A DNA stretch of 64,000 nt from Elsinoe ampelina (taxonomy: Eukaryota), in the NCBI GenBank assembly GCA_010093995.1, contig ML992510.1, positions 799,127 to 863,126 on the forward strand. Direction: 5' to 3'. The notes beneath the pieces were generated by a model, which worked only from the letters and a program-made list of their open reading frames with translations, made no database searches and was not told where the DNA came from. Below, in pieces: positions 12,658 to 24,762 of this stretch (its first letter is position 1; the number at the start of each line of letters is the position of its first letter). A program made the position numbers and the translations under genes.

Positions 12658-13914
12658 ATGAAAAGCCAGGCAATCGGCTACATATGTTATGCTGCCATCA
12701 TCACAGCATTCTCCACGGCTACTGTTATACTTCGCTTTGTTAGTCGCCGAATACATGGAGAGAAGATTTAGTGGGATGATTGGGCCATTTTGCTGGGCTG
12801 GGTAAGACATTTGCAGCCGCTGGCCTATAATATTCGCTTACCAGAGCAGTTCTTCCATCTTGCGCCAGCAGTCAATGTCATTATCTTCGAGAGTATGTAT
12901 TACGGTCTAGCCATGTCTAGTCGGCAGCTGATATACTGCAGGTGTGCAGGACTCGCTCCTGGACGAGACTGTCTTCGATGGTGACTTACCTCGTGAGCCG
13001 ACGAGGGCCAATGTTTTCTTCGCTGTGAGTATTCATAAGTCGCTTGAATTACTACCACACTGAATTTTGACAGCTGAGCTACGCTTTCTTCGCACTGTAT
13101 GGGCTGTCCATCAGCTTCACGAAATGGGCGATTCTCCTATTCTACTGGCGTCTGTTCAACTTAGTACGATGGATGAGATAGGCTGTCAAAATCGTCTCAG
13201 TCTGCATAGGATGCTAGACCCTTGGCGCTGTGGTAACTTGGCTAGCACAATGCCGACCGGTTTCAAGAGCATGGAACATTCTTGAGCCAGGGACATGCAT
13301 CAACTTCTACCTGTTTGCGCTGCTGATCACTACAATCAACCTCATATCCGACATTATCATCCTGATTCTTCCCATGCCAATCATATGGCACTTGAATACG
13401 ACGCTCGGCAAGAAAATCAGTTTGATGTGTGCTTTTGGGGTCGGAGGTTTCGTCTGTGTTGTGACAGCAGTACGACTACATCTCACCGTGCAGGGAGGCT
13501 CGGCGCCAAAATGTAGGTCACCCGCCCTGCCCGGTATAACTACCAGGCTAAATTTTCACAGTCGCAAGCTCTGTCGTTCTGGCGTGGACTCTGGCCGAAG
13601 TCTCTACAGCCGTGATCTGCGCCAATCTTCCATTCATATACTCTCTCTGTCTTCATTATCTACCACCATCTGTTAGGAAGATCTTTCGCCACGGATACAC
13701 CTCCAAGACTCAACCTACTGTTGACGGCGGAGGCTATGGATTACATCGAACCAAATCACATCGGCAGCCCTCCGTACCCTTGTCAGTCTTCCGCCAGGAC
13801 AGCAACGTCAGCGACGACCAAGTGAGAATAATATCGACGTCGCCAAGCAGTATGCATAAACTACCAGAGGACGATGCGATTTACATGACGAGGGAGTTCG
13901 ATGTGCGGAGGTGA
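12658..13914 (+). pseudogene. PTH11-like (fungal rhodopsin-domain) integral membrane receptor with premature stops
   Basis: ILRFVSRR..I*WDDW, TKWAILLFYWRLF, QCRPVSRAW, INLISDIIILILPMPIIWHL, ICANLP motifs; in-frame TAG at 12769, 13179, 13215. Confidence 0.85.
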
Positions 13915-15178
13915 TGCTGCTGTGGAGTGAGCTGGACAGGCTCAGGACCGATCGAGTTAGTGTCCATCTAAAGCTGTAAAAGTTCTTACGATACCACGGG
14001 AGGCTCAGTCGTTACCATCAATGTAATACCAGGAAGGTTCGTCCGTAATGTGCTGCCTCCCCCTCCCCCTAGTGTGCTTGAACAGCCGAGGTTGTCGATA
14101 AATGCCGAATTCCCTCTCCGTTCTTGCAAAGTCTTCCATGATCCGACCTTCCATCTCTCTAAAAGTTTGACTGCCTGTGTCTCAACCGAGATTCTTTCCT
14201 AGCTCATCGGACACACAATCCAGACTAAATGTGAAAGGTCTCGCCAGAAGCTGCCGCCAATGATAGATCTCAGCTGCGGCTGTGACCTCCAAACACATCA
14301 CCTTCCCAATTGCAGCTGATAGCAACGGCTGCACATCGTGCACTGTTAGCCGATCAGGAGCCGCAGACCGGAACCACAATCCGTTTAGACATGGACTTTG
14401 TAAGCGATGCTTGCTTCTTTCACATGTGAGCAGGAAACGGTTTTGGACTTCAGCTGCTTGGAATCAGCCACAAGAAGCCTAAGCATACAGCAATTGCGAA
14501 GATGTCACACGCGTTGAAGGAGCCTCAAACTGGATAGCACACTTCCACCATCCACTACTATTGGTCCTGTGGCAATGCAAAGTTTGAACATACTGCTTAC
14601 TGAACCGTCTCGAAGAGCAGACACGGCACATGGTCAAAGAACTGGTTCTCCGAACGTAATGACCCCCTTCGAGTTCTGTCTAGACTTTCGACAACTAGTA
14701 AATCCGCAAACCGGTCCAACATGTGGATACTGCATAACGCCTCAGCTGGATCTCGCCAATACCGTCCAAAGCCTGTGTGACCTTGCTACCACCTTGCCGC
14801 GTAGCAGTCCCCGGTTGGGCTTGCAAGACTTGCATGATTCAATGCAACCGGACGCAAACGGTCATTTCGCCATCGCATATTGCTAGCGGCTTCACATGCG
14901 TGGTCAAGACATGCGGCGACACCGTGCTGGCCTCCCGGCGGTCTCCTCGAGGGTCAAGCCATCCCGTTTCAGGCACAACAAGCTCCAACTGATGAATTGC
15001 AGGTGTAGCACTCTGCAGGAATGCGATAGTGTCCCCGTGGCTGTGATAAGCAGTGCATAGTCGTGTCTACAGGCAATCCTTTCCATTCTGCTCGTCCTGT
15101 TCATCACAGTCCAATTCAACTTCCTCCTCGCCAAATCCGATTTAACAAACACCGACAACCCTCTTCGTTGCTTTTACA

Positions 15179-16417
15179 ATGAGTTCTGCAATCCTCGAGG
15201 GCACCTCTACGCCTCCGCCAGTGCGTCGCCCATCTCAGGGCAGGAATGATGCAGCAAAAAGACCAAGCATATCCCCTGTTGACAAGGCAGTTTCGAAGAG
15301 GGAACGCATGGTCGAGAGTCTCCGCCTGACAGAAAGGTGCCCAGCCATCCTGGGGAACAAGGCACCTCAGCCTCTGGAGCAGATTAAGATTGAGAACCCG
15401 ATTGGCTTTGCACAAATTCCGATTGGTCTTGCTGGTCCGCTCACCATTACTGGCAAAAGCCAACAAGGAACATTCTTTGCTCCCCTAGCCACTACTGAGG
15501 CGACGCTCATTGCCAGCTGCTCGAGAGGCTGCAAAGCTTTCCAATCCAAGGGAGGCATTCGAGCAGCTGCCTTGAAAGAAGGCATGCTCCGGGCGCCCGT
15601 CTTCCGCTTCAATACTATCGACGATGCTGTGTCATTCGCCGCAGTTGTCCCACAGTACGCAGACTTCTTCCGTCAAGCCGCCGAGAGAACCACCAGGTTC
15701 GGCAAGCTCATCAGCATTCGCCCAAATATCATTCACAAGGAGGTTCACATACGCTTTTCATACACCTGCGGCGATGCTGGAGGACAAAACATGTCGACCA
15801 TTGCAACACACGCAGCGTGCATGTCATTCCTCAAGAAGTACGCAAGCACACATAATATCATCGATTTTGTCCTCGAAGGTCAGATGGCAGGAGACAAGAA
15901 GCTCGCAATCATGAATGTCGACGACCCTCGTGGTGTCAGCGTCATGGCCTGGGGTAGCATTCCTGATGTGGTATGTCAGAAAGTGCTTGGTACCACCGCA
16001 GCACGGATACACAAGACGCTCACCAGCGCCCGTGCTGGTGCGACTCGAGTTGGCATGATCGGGGACACGGTCAATGCCTCGAACATTGTCGCGGCCATGT
16101 TCATCGCTTGCGGACAGGATGCTGGTAGTGTTTTTGAAGCAGGCTGGGCACAAGTCATCAGCTCTATCGATGAGGATACTGGTGACTTGACCATGTCGAT
16201 CTATCTGCCCAATCTGCCAGTGGCATCCATTGGTGGTGGAACTACTTACAGCACCCAATTGGAGGCTCTAGGCATGCTAAATTGCGCGGGCAAGGACAAG
16301 AAATGGGCGCTGGCGGAGACGATAGCTGCTTTTGCATTGGCGTTGGATATCAGTACCGCGAGTGCCATGACGAACGATACGTTCTCGAACAGTCATCAGA
16401 AGATAGCACGTCTTTGA
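15179..16417 (+). CDS. HMGR: Soluble, catalytic-domain-only class I HMG-CoA reductase (intronless)
   Basis: 412 aa; ENPIG, PLATTEA, DAGGQNM, GDKK, GQD, GGGT and C-terminal His motifs; no N-terminal membrane/sterol-sensing domain. Confidence 0.9.
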   Translation: MSSAILEGTSTPPPVRRPSQGRNDAAKRPSISPVDKAVSKRERMVESLRLTERCPAILGNKAPQPLEQIKIENPIGFAQIPIGLAGPLTITGKSQQGTFFAPLATTEATLIASCSRGCKAFQSKGGIRAAALKEGMLRAPVFRFNTIDDAVSFAAVVPQYADFFRQAAERTTRFGKLISIRPNIIHKEVHIRFSYTCGDAGGQNMSTIATHAACMSFLKKYASTHNIIDFVLEGQMAGDKKLAIMNVDDPRGVSVMAWGSIPDVVCQKVLGTTAARIHKTLTSARAGATRVGMIGDTVNASNIVAAMFIACGQDAGSVFEAGWAQVISSIDEDTGDLTMSIYLPNLPVASIGGGTTYSTQLEALGMLNCAGKDKKWALAETIAAFALALDISTASAMTNDTFSNSHQKIARL

Positions 16418-17268
16418 GAGGGGTTGACGGGTTGGGGGATGCATTGACGGAGTGATGGGTTTGTCCTTGGGTGTTTTCTGAAAGGTACATAGATGGGAGA
16501 CATAGATAGCATTCGTTTCGAGCACCAGTATGTCTAATTCAGAGTCGACCATATTTTCATGATGGACCCCAATCAAAAGGCCACTGTCAGGGCTTCTCTC
16601 TTCCCGATTGTCTTTCTCGACCTACATCGCTCTATCTCTCATTCAGGACCGCATCTTCCATCCGAGATTGCTTCATTTCTGAATCGACCATCAATTTACG
16701 GTTGTAGGTACTCGATTTTGACTTCAAACGTGTTCGTCTCTGGCGAGCTGACCCACTTTGCGAGCTCAGCGTACGACCTGCTTATCTCACCAGCACAGTT
16801 CACTCCAACGGCCGTCTGGTTCACAGTCAAGCATCAGTATCTGCACGAGGAAATGAGATCTGACACTGTTCCATCAGCTGCAACGTGGTAGCGGCCGTTG
16901 GGGAACAGGTCGATGCCCTTGTTGAGCCGCAGAAGCTTTTCACTACCGTTGATAGCCTGAACGCCATCGATATGGCACCTCCGTGTTTCTCCTTACCACG
17001 CGCCTGGTACGAACACGCTCTGGCTATCATCTCGGCTATGTAAGATGCATCCTGGGATTGCAGAAGTGGTGCAGATGGAGGCCGTTGTGGCCCAAGGGAT
17101 TGCTCCACATTGTGCTACCACATGAGGGAGATTGTGTTTGGCAGTCTCGGTCTGTGGTTGACAGTGAGTGATAGTAGTATATCTTCTCATTCGCCCGCGA
17201 GCATTTTGCTTTGATCATCAGGATCTACTACTTCTCTGCCCTCCTTCTCTTCGCAGCCCACTGCCATC

Positions 17269-18908
17269 ATGCTGGGCAACGCCATCACTCTCTCCGTCCT
17301 AGCACTGACATCGGTCACCTCCGCTTTTGTGCAAGGTGACTGTGTCAAGAAGGATGCTGGCCTCAAATGGCTCGCCGGAAAGATCAACAAGTCCTCTGCC
17401 ATCTCCTGCCGCGGTCAGCCTCTCCAGCTGTTTAATCAAGGTCGCTACTGGGGCACACAGTATGGCAAGAACGCGAGCGTAGTCGTCTTCCCGTCCACCA
17501 AGGAAGATGTCGCCTTTGCTGTTCAGGCGGCGAGCAAGACCAAGCTTGGCAAGGAATTTGCCTTTGTCGCTGGTGCCCATGGACAGACGAACGCTAGCAC
17601 GGCGACAGGGTATATTATCGATCTGTCGTGGTTGAACTCGACAAAGGTTTTGAAAAATGTCAAGGTTGGGGATGTCACTATCCCCGAGGCAGTTGCTTAT
17701 CAGGGCGGTGCCAAGTGGGATGATATCCAAGGTGCCACTGCTGGTAGTAATTACACTGCTGTGGGTGCCAGAGTCGGCTCTGTTGGTGCTGGAGGTTTCT
17801 CGACAGGCAAGTCGTACATGAAGGATGCTCGTCAAAAGTCACTGACACTTGAGCAGGTGGAGGCATCGGCTTCTTGGCGGGCGCCTACGGATATGCTTCC
17901 GATCGTCTTGAGGCAGTTGAGGTTGTCCTCATGAACGGCAAGATCGTCAACGCTACCAAGACCAACCAATACAAAGATCTTTTCTGGGCTCTGCAGGGCG
18001 GTGGCGGTCAATTCGGGATCGTCACTACCTTCTACCAGAAAGCTGCACCAGAGCCGCAAGTCTGCGATGTCTCTTTCTACGTAGTCAGCCAGACCGATCT
18101 CAACCGTGCACGGCAGAGGACGGTTACATTCTTCAACACCAACGATGACCCCTTTAGCTTGATGTACTTCGCCGCCGGCTTCTTCCCCAGCGATCTCGGT
18201 AACGGATCCTTCGGCCTCAACACTCTCCTCGTCACCCTCCGCTTCGACGACCCTACCAACCCAAACCAAAAGTCCACCAACGCCACCTTCAGCCGCATAA
18301 TCGACGGCCTCAACATCACCGCCACGCGCTCCCTCTCCATCCCCTACCGCTACATGACCCAATCCATCAACAACTTCTTCCCCTACTCCTTCCGCCGCGG
18401 CTTCTTCGGTCCCCAAACCCAAAACATCACGGTCGACTACCTTGCCAACGGCACCAACATCCTCAACAAATACGTCTCCGACATGGCCGCCGCAGGCGAC
18501 GTCCCCGCCTCCTCCTTCTGGGCGCTACAATACATGCACCCTGGCCTTAACGGCAACCTCCCGCGCAAGGACAGCGACACGGCCTGGCCTCACGCTCGCG
18601 CTGGGCATCAGACGCTGTTCAGCCCCGCTTGGCGCAAAGCGGAGGATGATCCGATCATGAAGCTTGCGAATGGGCAGTTGAATCAGTTGACGTGGGGACA
18701 GCAGGCGCGGTTTGGGGAGAGGATCTACGATTATCCGAATTACATCAGCCCGGGGGTGAAGGCGAAAAGGGTATGGGGTGGAAATGTGAAGAGATTGATT
18801 GCGGTCAAGGAGAAGTATGATCCGGATTGTAGGATTCATCAGGGGAGGGTGTTTGCGACCAAGGCTTGTATCAAGGGAGGATGGGCGAATTTGTTTGGAG
18901 ATCGGTGA
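17269..18908 (+). CDS. Secreted FAD-linked oxidoreductase (berberine bridge enzyme-like); GC-AG intron 17807-17856
   Basis: Signal peptide; VVFPST..DV; AGAHG FAD site; spliced GGFSTGGGIGF; DLFWALQGGGGQFGIVT; C-terminal YPNY..WGGNVKRLIAVKEKYDP. Confidence 0.9.
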
Positions 18909-19280
18909 AGGAGAAGGGGAGGAGCAGCAGCGGGGTCGTTATTGGAATTTTATTACTGTTCTCACCATGGTGTTTTTTTTTTGGGAAGGTGAGTCCAGCT
19001 TCGTGTCGCCTCAGGTGTCCGTCTTGCGTGAAGTGCATGTGGTCACGTGCTGAGTGCGGCTCTGCGACCGGAATGAGGCAAGCGTCGAGTCGGCGGTGTC
19101 TCGTGTCAGCACCGCACCATCAATATGTCCCTCCGATCTTTGTGAACAAATCATCACCGAGTGCTTGTACTCATCATTGACTCCGAATGATGCCCTTGCC
19201 CTGTACATGCCCTCGCTAGAGGTAGAATTTGAGAACCTCGTCCTTTCTCCACCGTCATCTGTCGTTCAGTCAATACCAAC

Positions 19281-20494
19281 ATGGACCTCACGACAGAAGA
19301 AGGAGTCGCACCATGGCTGACCAACACGCTTGGGCTCCCTTGTCGCGGCGCCAGCCGTCTTGCAGAGGGTTATTGCTCATACGTCTATCGTGCGACAATG
19401 GCAGACGACACTTCCCTCATCGTGAAGCACGTGAAACCATTCGCCGCCCGAGCACAACATCTTGCCCTCGACCCAGATCGCCTTGTACGTTTACTTTCCT
19501 CGCTAGTTCTTCAATACCCTCGCAACGCCTCTCCCATTCCCTTTTCTAATCTGTCACACTCTGACCCATCCTTCTCAATCCTACCACAACTCACTAACCC
19601 CCACAGACCTACGAACATGCCTTCCTCCTGCACACCCCCCCTTTCCTCCCTCCCTCGACCCCTCCCTTCCCCCTCCGTCTCCCCGACCCCCTCCTCTTCT
19701 CGAAAGAAGCCCACACCCTCCTCATCACCGACCACGGCATCTGCCCCAGCCTCAAAGCCTTCCTCACCACTCCTCCCGCCTCTCTCGACACCGCCGGAGC
19801 AAAAGCCATCGGTTCCAACCTCGGCACATTCCTAGCCGGCGTACACAACCTCTCCCTAGTCCGCCCTGGCATCCTGGACTTCTTCAAAAGCAACGAAGGA
19901 GGCAGAAAAGTCTCAGCATTGGTGTACTTCGTCGACGTCCTCAACAGAGCGAGAAAGTACGGCGTGGATGTCGACAGCAAGGCGATGGGTTGGTTCAAGG
20001 AAGTGATGGCGCGGGAAGAGGCGATAGTGATGGGGCACGACACCGGGGCGAGAGCCAGGGAGGTGTTGACTGCCGGGGACTTTTGGCCGGGGAATGTGCT
20101 CGTTGCTGATAGCGAGGGAGGGGAGGGGAAGGAACTGGTGGCGCTGGACTTTGAGCTGGCGAAGCCGGGTTTGCCGGAGTTTGATGTGGGACAGATGGCG
20201 GGGGAGTTGTGGATGGTGAGGCACTTTACGGAGGGGCAGGGGGAGGGGAAGAATCTGGCTGGGGTGGTTTTGGAAGCTTTCTTGGAGAGGTATGATGCGG
20301 AGATCAAGGTGGAGGTGGATTGGAATAGGGTGGCGATTAGGATGGGTGTGCATCTGGTGGCGATATGTGGGATTGGGTGGGAGGCGAGGGTGGGGAGGGA
20401 GAGGGTGGTGGAGGTCATGAGGAAGGGGTTGGAGCTGTGTAAGAGGGATTGGAAGAATGATTTTGCAGACTATTGGCATATACTGGAGGTCTAG
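19281..20494 (+). CDS. APH/methylthioribose-kinase-like phosphotransferase; intron 19485-19606
   Basis: LAEGYCSYVYR, SLIVKH, spliced DRLTYEH, Brenner-type GDFWPGNVL and LDFELAK; splicing joins the 19281 and 19919 ORFs in frame. Confidence 0.85.
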
Positions 20495-20965
20495 ATGCTT
20501 GGGACGGCAGGTGGTGATCACAGTCGCATACAAGTGTGGTCGTCGGTCACGTGACATGCTGAGCTTTGGCCAACCTGCCTGGCGTCGGTCAACAACGTGG
20601 CAGTTCTCTTCTTCCCTTTACAATGCACGTCAAGCTTCAGTCACTATTGCCCACACCCAGACACTTCAGTTCTGGTAGGACTGGAGTACAATTACTACCA
20701 GAACTCAGCATTTGAGCACGAATTACAGGCTCTGAGACTTGCCAGTAAAATCCGGTAGTATTCGCAGTCACATCCTATTCGATGCTGGACCAGTTCGACA
20801 ATTGTTGCCTTTTCAAGGCGTGACCGACAACATGGGAGCCTCGATATCCTTATTGATAGTCACAGAGCACCACAGCCGGACCGAACACCGCGCAAAACTT
20901 GTCATGCATTTGCGGACATCAGAGGACATACTCGCCACCCGACAAGACAGGTCCCCTGTCCACTT

Positions 20966-22486
20966 CTAGTGCCTCATCCTCGCCCTCATCACCATCTTCG
21001 CCGCTGCGTACTTCGACTCAGCCGCCTCCTCCCCAGCTCGCGCCTCCCTCACCTCCCCCATCAACCTCTCCCTCTCTCGCAACCACCCCTCTCTCTCGCC
21101 TATCAACCTCTCCCGATCCCGCTGTAGCGCCTCCCTACTCCTCTGTAACCCCTCGATGATCCTCCTTCCTAGTTCCAGACCTTCTCGCGCCAGATTTAGG
21201 TCCCTGTTCAACAGCTCGATGCGGGCCTCGTATTGGATGGCTTCGATGTCTGCGTCGCTGAGGATGGCTTCTTCAGGCAAGTCGGCGGGGATGGCGTCGG
21301 GGTCGACGGCTGGGATGGGGTCGGGTTCGGCGGCTGGGATGGCGTCGGGCATGTCGGCCGGGATGGGAGGTTGGTGATACTCAGGAAGCGGCTGAGGGAG
21401 AGTCTCGCGGAGATGCTCCGGGAGGGGAGCGCGGCCGGCGATGGCCCAGGTGTTCTGCCAATGGGCTTCATGGGCCTCTCGAGCCTCCCTCTCCTCTCGC
21501 TCGGCCACGATGAGGTTATATTGCCTCATGAAGCCATTGGCGAGTTCTCGGGCAGCGGGAGTCAGGTAGTCTTCCCGTGGCTCTGGGTTCGCTAGAGGAC
21601 TAGCTGCGTGGGTTTGGGCTTCGGTGTGGGCGTGAGCGTGGGCGTAGTGCATCTGCGAACTATCTGCACGGGCTTGGACATCGTCGGCGGCTTTTTCGTC
21701 CCAGAAAGTGGTGTCGTGCACGACGTTACTACCAGTATCGGACTCCTGGTCGTCTATTTCTGGGGGTTGGGTCTGCCCTGCCCAGCCTGCCTGGACATTC
21801 TGCCTGAAAGGCTCCGGCTTCACGGCGGCGATGAAATCGGGCCAGGAGTCAGCTTCGGAGACTTCCCGCTCATGGTGCCTCTCGACCTTCATCATCGTAG
21901 AGGAGTGTTCCTGTTTCAAACCTGCGTGATGTTCTTCGCCGCTCTCGTCCCCTATCAGATCCTCCGACGGTCTCCAGGATTGTGCTACACTACCGGACGC
22001 TATGGTCACCTCTGCTCCAGTACCAGCACGTTCAATCTTGACCTTCTTGCTTGGCCTACCCTCTTCGGGGTCTTCGGCATGACTCGGGTTCGTGCTGCTC
22101 AGAGTCTCATCGCTTTCCTGGGCGCTTCTTGACTCGTCACTAGAGATGGAGAGAGCATTCTGGAAGTTCTGCGTGGCTGATGAGGACTGGGGAGCACCTG
22201 GACTAGGCTGGTCATGGTCACCGGTTGTACTCTTGGTAGTATAGCACCTTACACGGCTAGGAGACCTTGCGCGCTTGTTGCTTCTGGCTCGTGGTGGAGC
22301 GCAGTTGACATGTTGGATGTTGTGGTAGTCATGCATTTCCTGGGCTCTGATCATCGCATGGACGCTGGCCATGGTGGTTTGCTGCATACTGCGCGGCCGG
22401 GTGTCTTGTGAGCTGCTCGATGCAGTGAAAAGGTCGTCGTGACTTGTGGTAGGACTGCCTTGGCTCTGATAGGTAGGAGGTGCCAT
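20966..22486 (-). CDS. Hypothetical low-complexity protein with C-terminal coiled coil
   Basis: 506-aa ORF; PA.PDAI/PDPI repeats; E/R-rich heptads at the C-terminus. Confidence 0.6.
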   Translation of the reverse strand: MAPPTYQSQGSPTTSHDDLFTASSSSQDTRPRSMQQTTMASVHAMIRAQEMHDYHNIQHVNCAPPRARSNKRARSPSRVRCYTTKSTTGDHDQPSPGAPQSSSATQNFQNALSISSDESRSAQESDETLSSTNPSHAEDPEEGRPSKKVKIERAGTGAEVTIASGSVAQSWRPSEDLIGDESGEEHHAGLKQEHSSTMMKVERHHEREVSEADSWPDFIAAVKPEPFRQNVQAGWAGQTQPPEIDDQESDTGSNVVHDTTFWDEKAADDVQARADSSQMHYAHAHAHTEAQTHAASPLANPEPREDYLTPAARELANGFMRQYNLIVAEREEREAREAHEAHWQNTWAIAGRAPLPEHLRETLPQPLPEYHQPPIPADMPDAIPAAEPDPIPAVDPDAIPADLPEEAILSDADIEAIQYEARIELLNRDLNLAREGLELGRRIIEGLQRSREALQRDRERLIGEREGWLRERERLMGEVREARAGEEAAESKYAAAKMVMRARMRH

Positions 22487-23104
22487 CGTGGTAAGATATC
22501 TGACGGTGGGGTGATTGTTGAAGTGGCGAGTGGTAGGACTTAGTTCCTGGCTGATGAAGGGAAAGGGCTTGGGATTTGAGGTGTGATTGACCGGACCAGT
22601 GAAGTCTGATAGGATATTGCTCTGAAGGGGAGAGTGAAGAGTGATGTGTGTGACGGAGATGAGTTTCTCGGTACAGCTGATGGAAGTGGCAGACAGGATG
22701 TCAAGACTCGGTTATAAAGGAAGATGAAACACAGTTTGTGTTCAAAGATCAACCAAGTGACTCATGAAAGAAGCAAGATATCAAAAGAAATGCTATGAGA
22801 ATACTATACTTTGAATCTCGACCAGTGATCCGCAACCTTTCTGTGCTTTTGTGTCACTGGTATTACTTTGTCGTACCAGACTTTGCGGAGAAGCAAACAC
22901 ATTGCTCGCTCCCCTGCGCCCAAAACGCACTTTGATCTGTCACTCTGGTAATCTCTGCCCCTGTCCAGTCATGGCTGCTATCGCCTTCCGCTCTGCTGTC
23001 GATCGTCTGCTCGATGTCGAAATCCTGCTTGAGACGAGAGTCGCTCTGCGTGTCCTACGATGCCTTCACGCTGTGCCACCAGTCCTCGTCCTCTACCCAT
23101 TACT

Positions 23105-23961
23105 TCAGATCGATTTGAGATTCCTCTTCGCCCGCCACTTGTTTCTGCTGGCTCTCAGTCGAAAGACCGTCTTCGCTAACGCGGACTTCTCAGTCCTCAG
23201 TCTGCCCACTTCCCCACGGTGTTCTGCGTGAATCCGTTCGGTGTCTTCCCCGTGGGTACGATAAATTTGTTCCACATTCTTCTCGTGCTCTTCATCTTTT
23301 GCGTCCAGTGCAGCGTTGTGTTCTCCAATCAGGCTGCATTTCTCGCTCTCGAAGGCGATCCTGAGAATGTGCGCCTCGCCCCTGTAGACCTGGGCTATGT
23401 CTCTGTCGTAGGCTTGCTTCTTGGCCTCCAGGTCCAGACTCAACTTCTCGTTCTTCGCCCTGAGCTCTTCATTTCGCTCTCTCAACTTCTTGACTTTCCT
23501 TTGTTGTTTGGATGCCTGCTGTGCGGCAGCCCGAGAGACCTGCCCAATTTCGCCTTCTGTCTCAGATAGTGCTGAGGCTGTCTCCGCATGGGCTTTCTGG
23601 GCCAACTGCAGCTGAATTGTGTCAGTATCGAGATTGATAATGGTTGATGCCGACAAACCTCATTGGACATCTGCTTGATCTTCTCGTCCCTCTCCTCGAT
23701 CATCTCCTGATAGAAAACACGCTGACGATCCAAGACCGCATCATGCTCCTTGTCCTTAGCCTGAAGAGCATGGCGAAAGTCTTCGCCTGACTGGACCGAG
23801 TCGTACATCGACACGATTGCTTCCTCGTCAGCCTTCGGCTCGACTGGCTCAAGCTCCATTTGAGCTGACCCACTTGTGTGTTCGTTACCACCAGACTCGT
23901 AGATGGGACTATCTGGCACGATGTTGTCCAAGGGGAGGTCAGAAGACGAAGTCTGAGACAT
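23105..23961 (-). CDS. Hypothetical coiled-coil protein; intron 23612-23658
   Basis: GTTTGT..CTGAC..CAG phase-0 intron joins MSQTSS..KQMSNE to LQLAQK..; charged heptads. Confidence 0.65.
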
Positions 23962-24762
23962 GACGAAGAGCCTCTGAGGATGAGTCTTGATCTGTGGTAT
24001 CAATAGATGTAAATGGGTCAGGAGTGGTCTAAACTGTGAGTGATGTGATCGTGGTGGTGATGTGATCGCTGTAGTGATCGAGAGTATGACGCCTCAAATA
24101 GAGGTCTTCCGTGGCAGTGAACCAGACTACGTCTTATACCTGGTAGTGATGAGGAGATGAGTGACTGAAACCGAAGATTTGAAAGGCTCCTGATGAGCCT
24201 GGTAGTAGCGATGAGGCGTCCAGAGGCTCGGAAGGAAAGAAGATCACGGACAGGAGAAGAGATGGGACGGGATGAAATTAAGAAGGAGGAGAAGAGTCGA
24301 AGAGTCAGGAAATGGTAGTGATATAAGGCGGCAGCGAGATACGAGGGGGTCGGGAATGATATAAGAAAGAATGCATGTGATTAAGAAAGGGTTGCTCGCA
24401 TGTGAAGAGGCAGTGGTGAAAGCAGACTTGAAAGATGAAAGTGATTGTGAATCACTAATTGAACACATGTGCATACCTCTCATCCGCTGACGTCTCCCGT
24501 CGCTAGAATCACCTTGTCGGTCGCTTTGCTTGTCCAGACCCCGACTCATGATGTCCGTTTGCCACTTCGCCTTCCACTCCCATGCACAAACACCACCAGG
24601 TTCACCCGAACCATATTCTGCTGCACCTAGAGATACTCAACGACACACTGTCTCGTCCATCTCTCCTTGCCGATCACACCCTAGTAGTATCGCGCAATCG
24701 GGCCAATCTTCGTCCCATTGAGTCTCTGCATCCTTACCCTCATAGGAGGTTCCGCTCACGGA

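Noticed and set aside
15179..20494. Statin or psilocybin biosynthetic cluster
   Set aside because: No PKS, decarboxylase, methyltransferase or P450 nearby; the kinase is assignable only to the broad APH family
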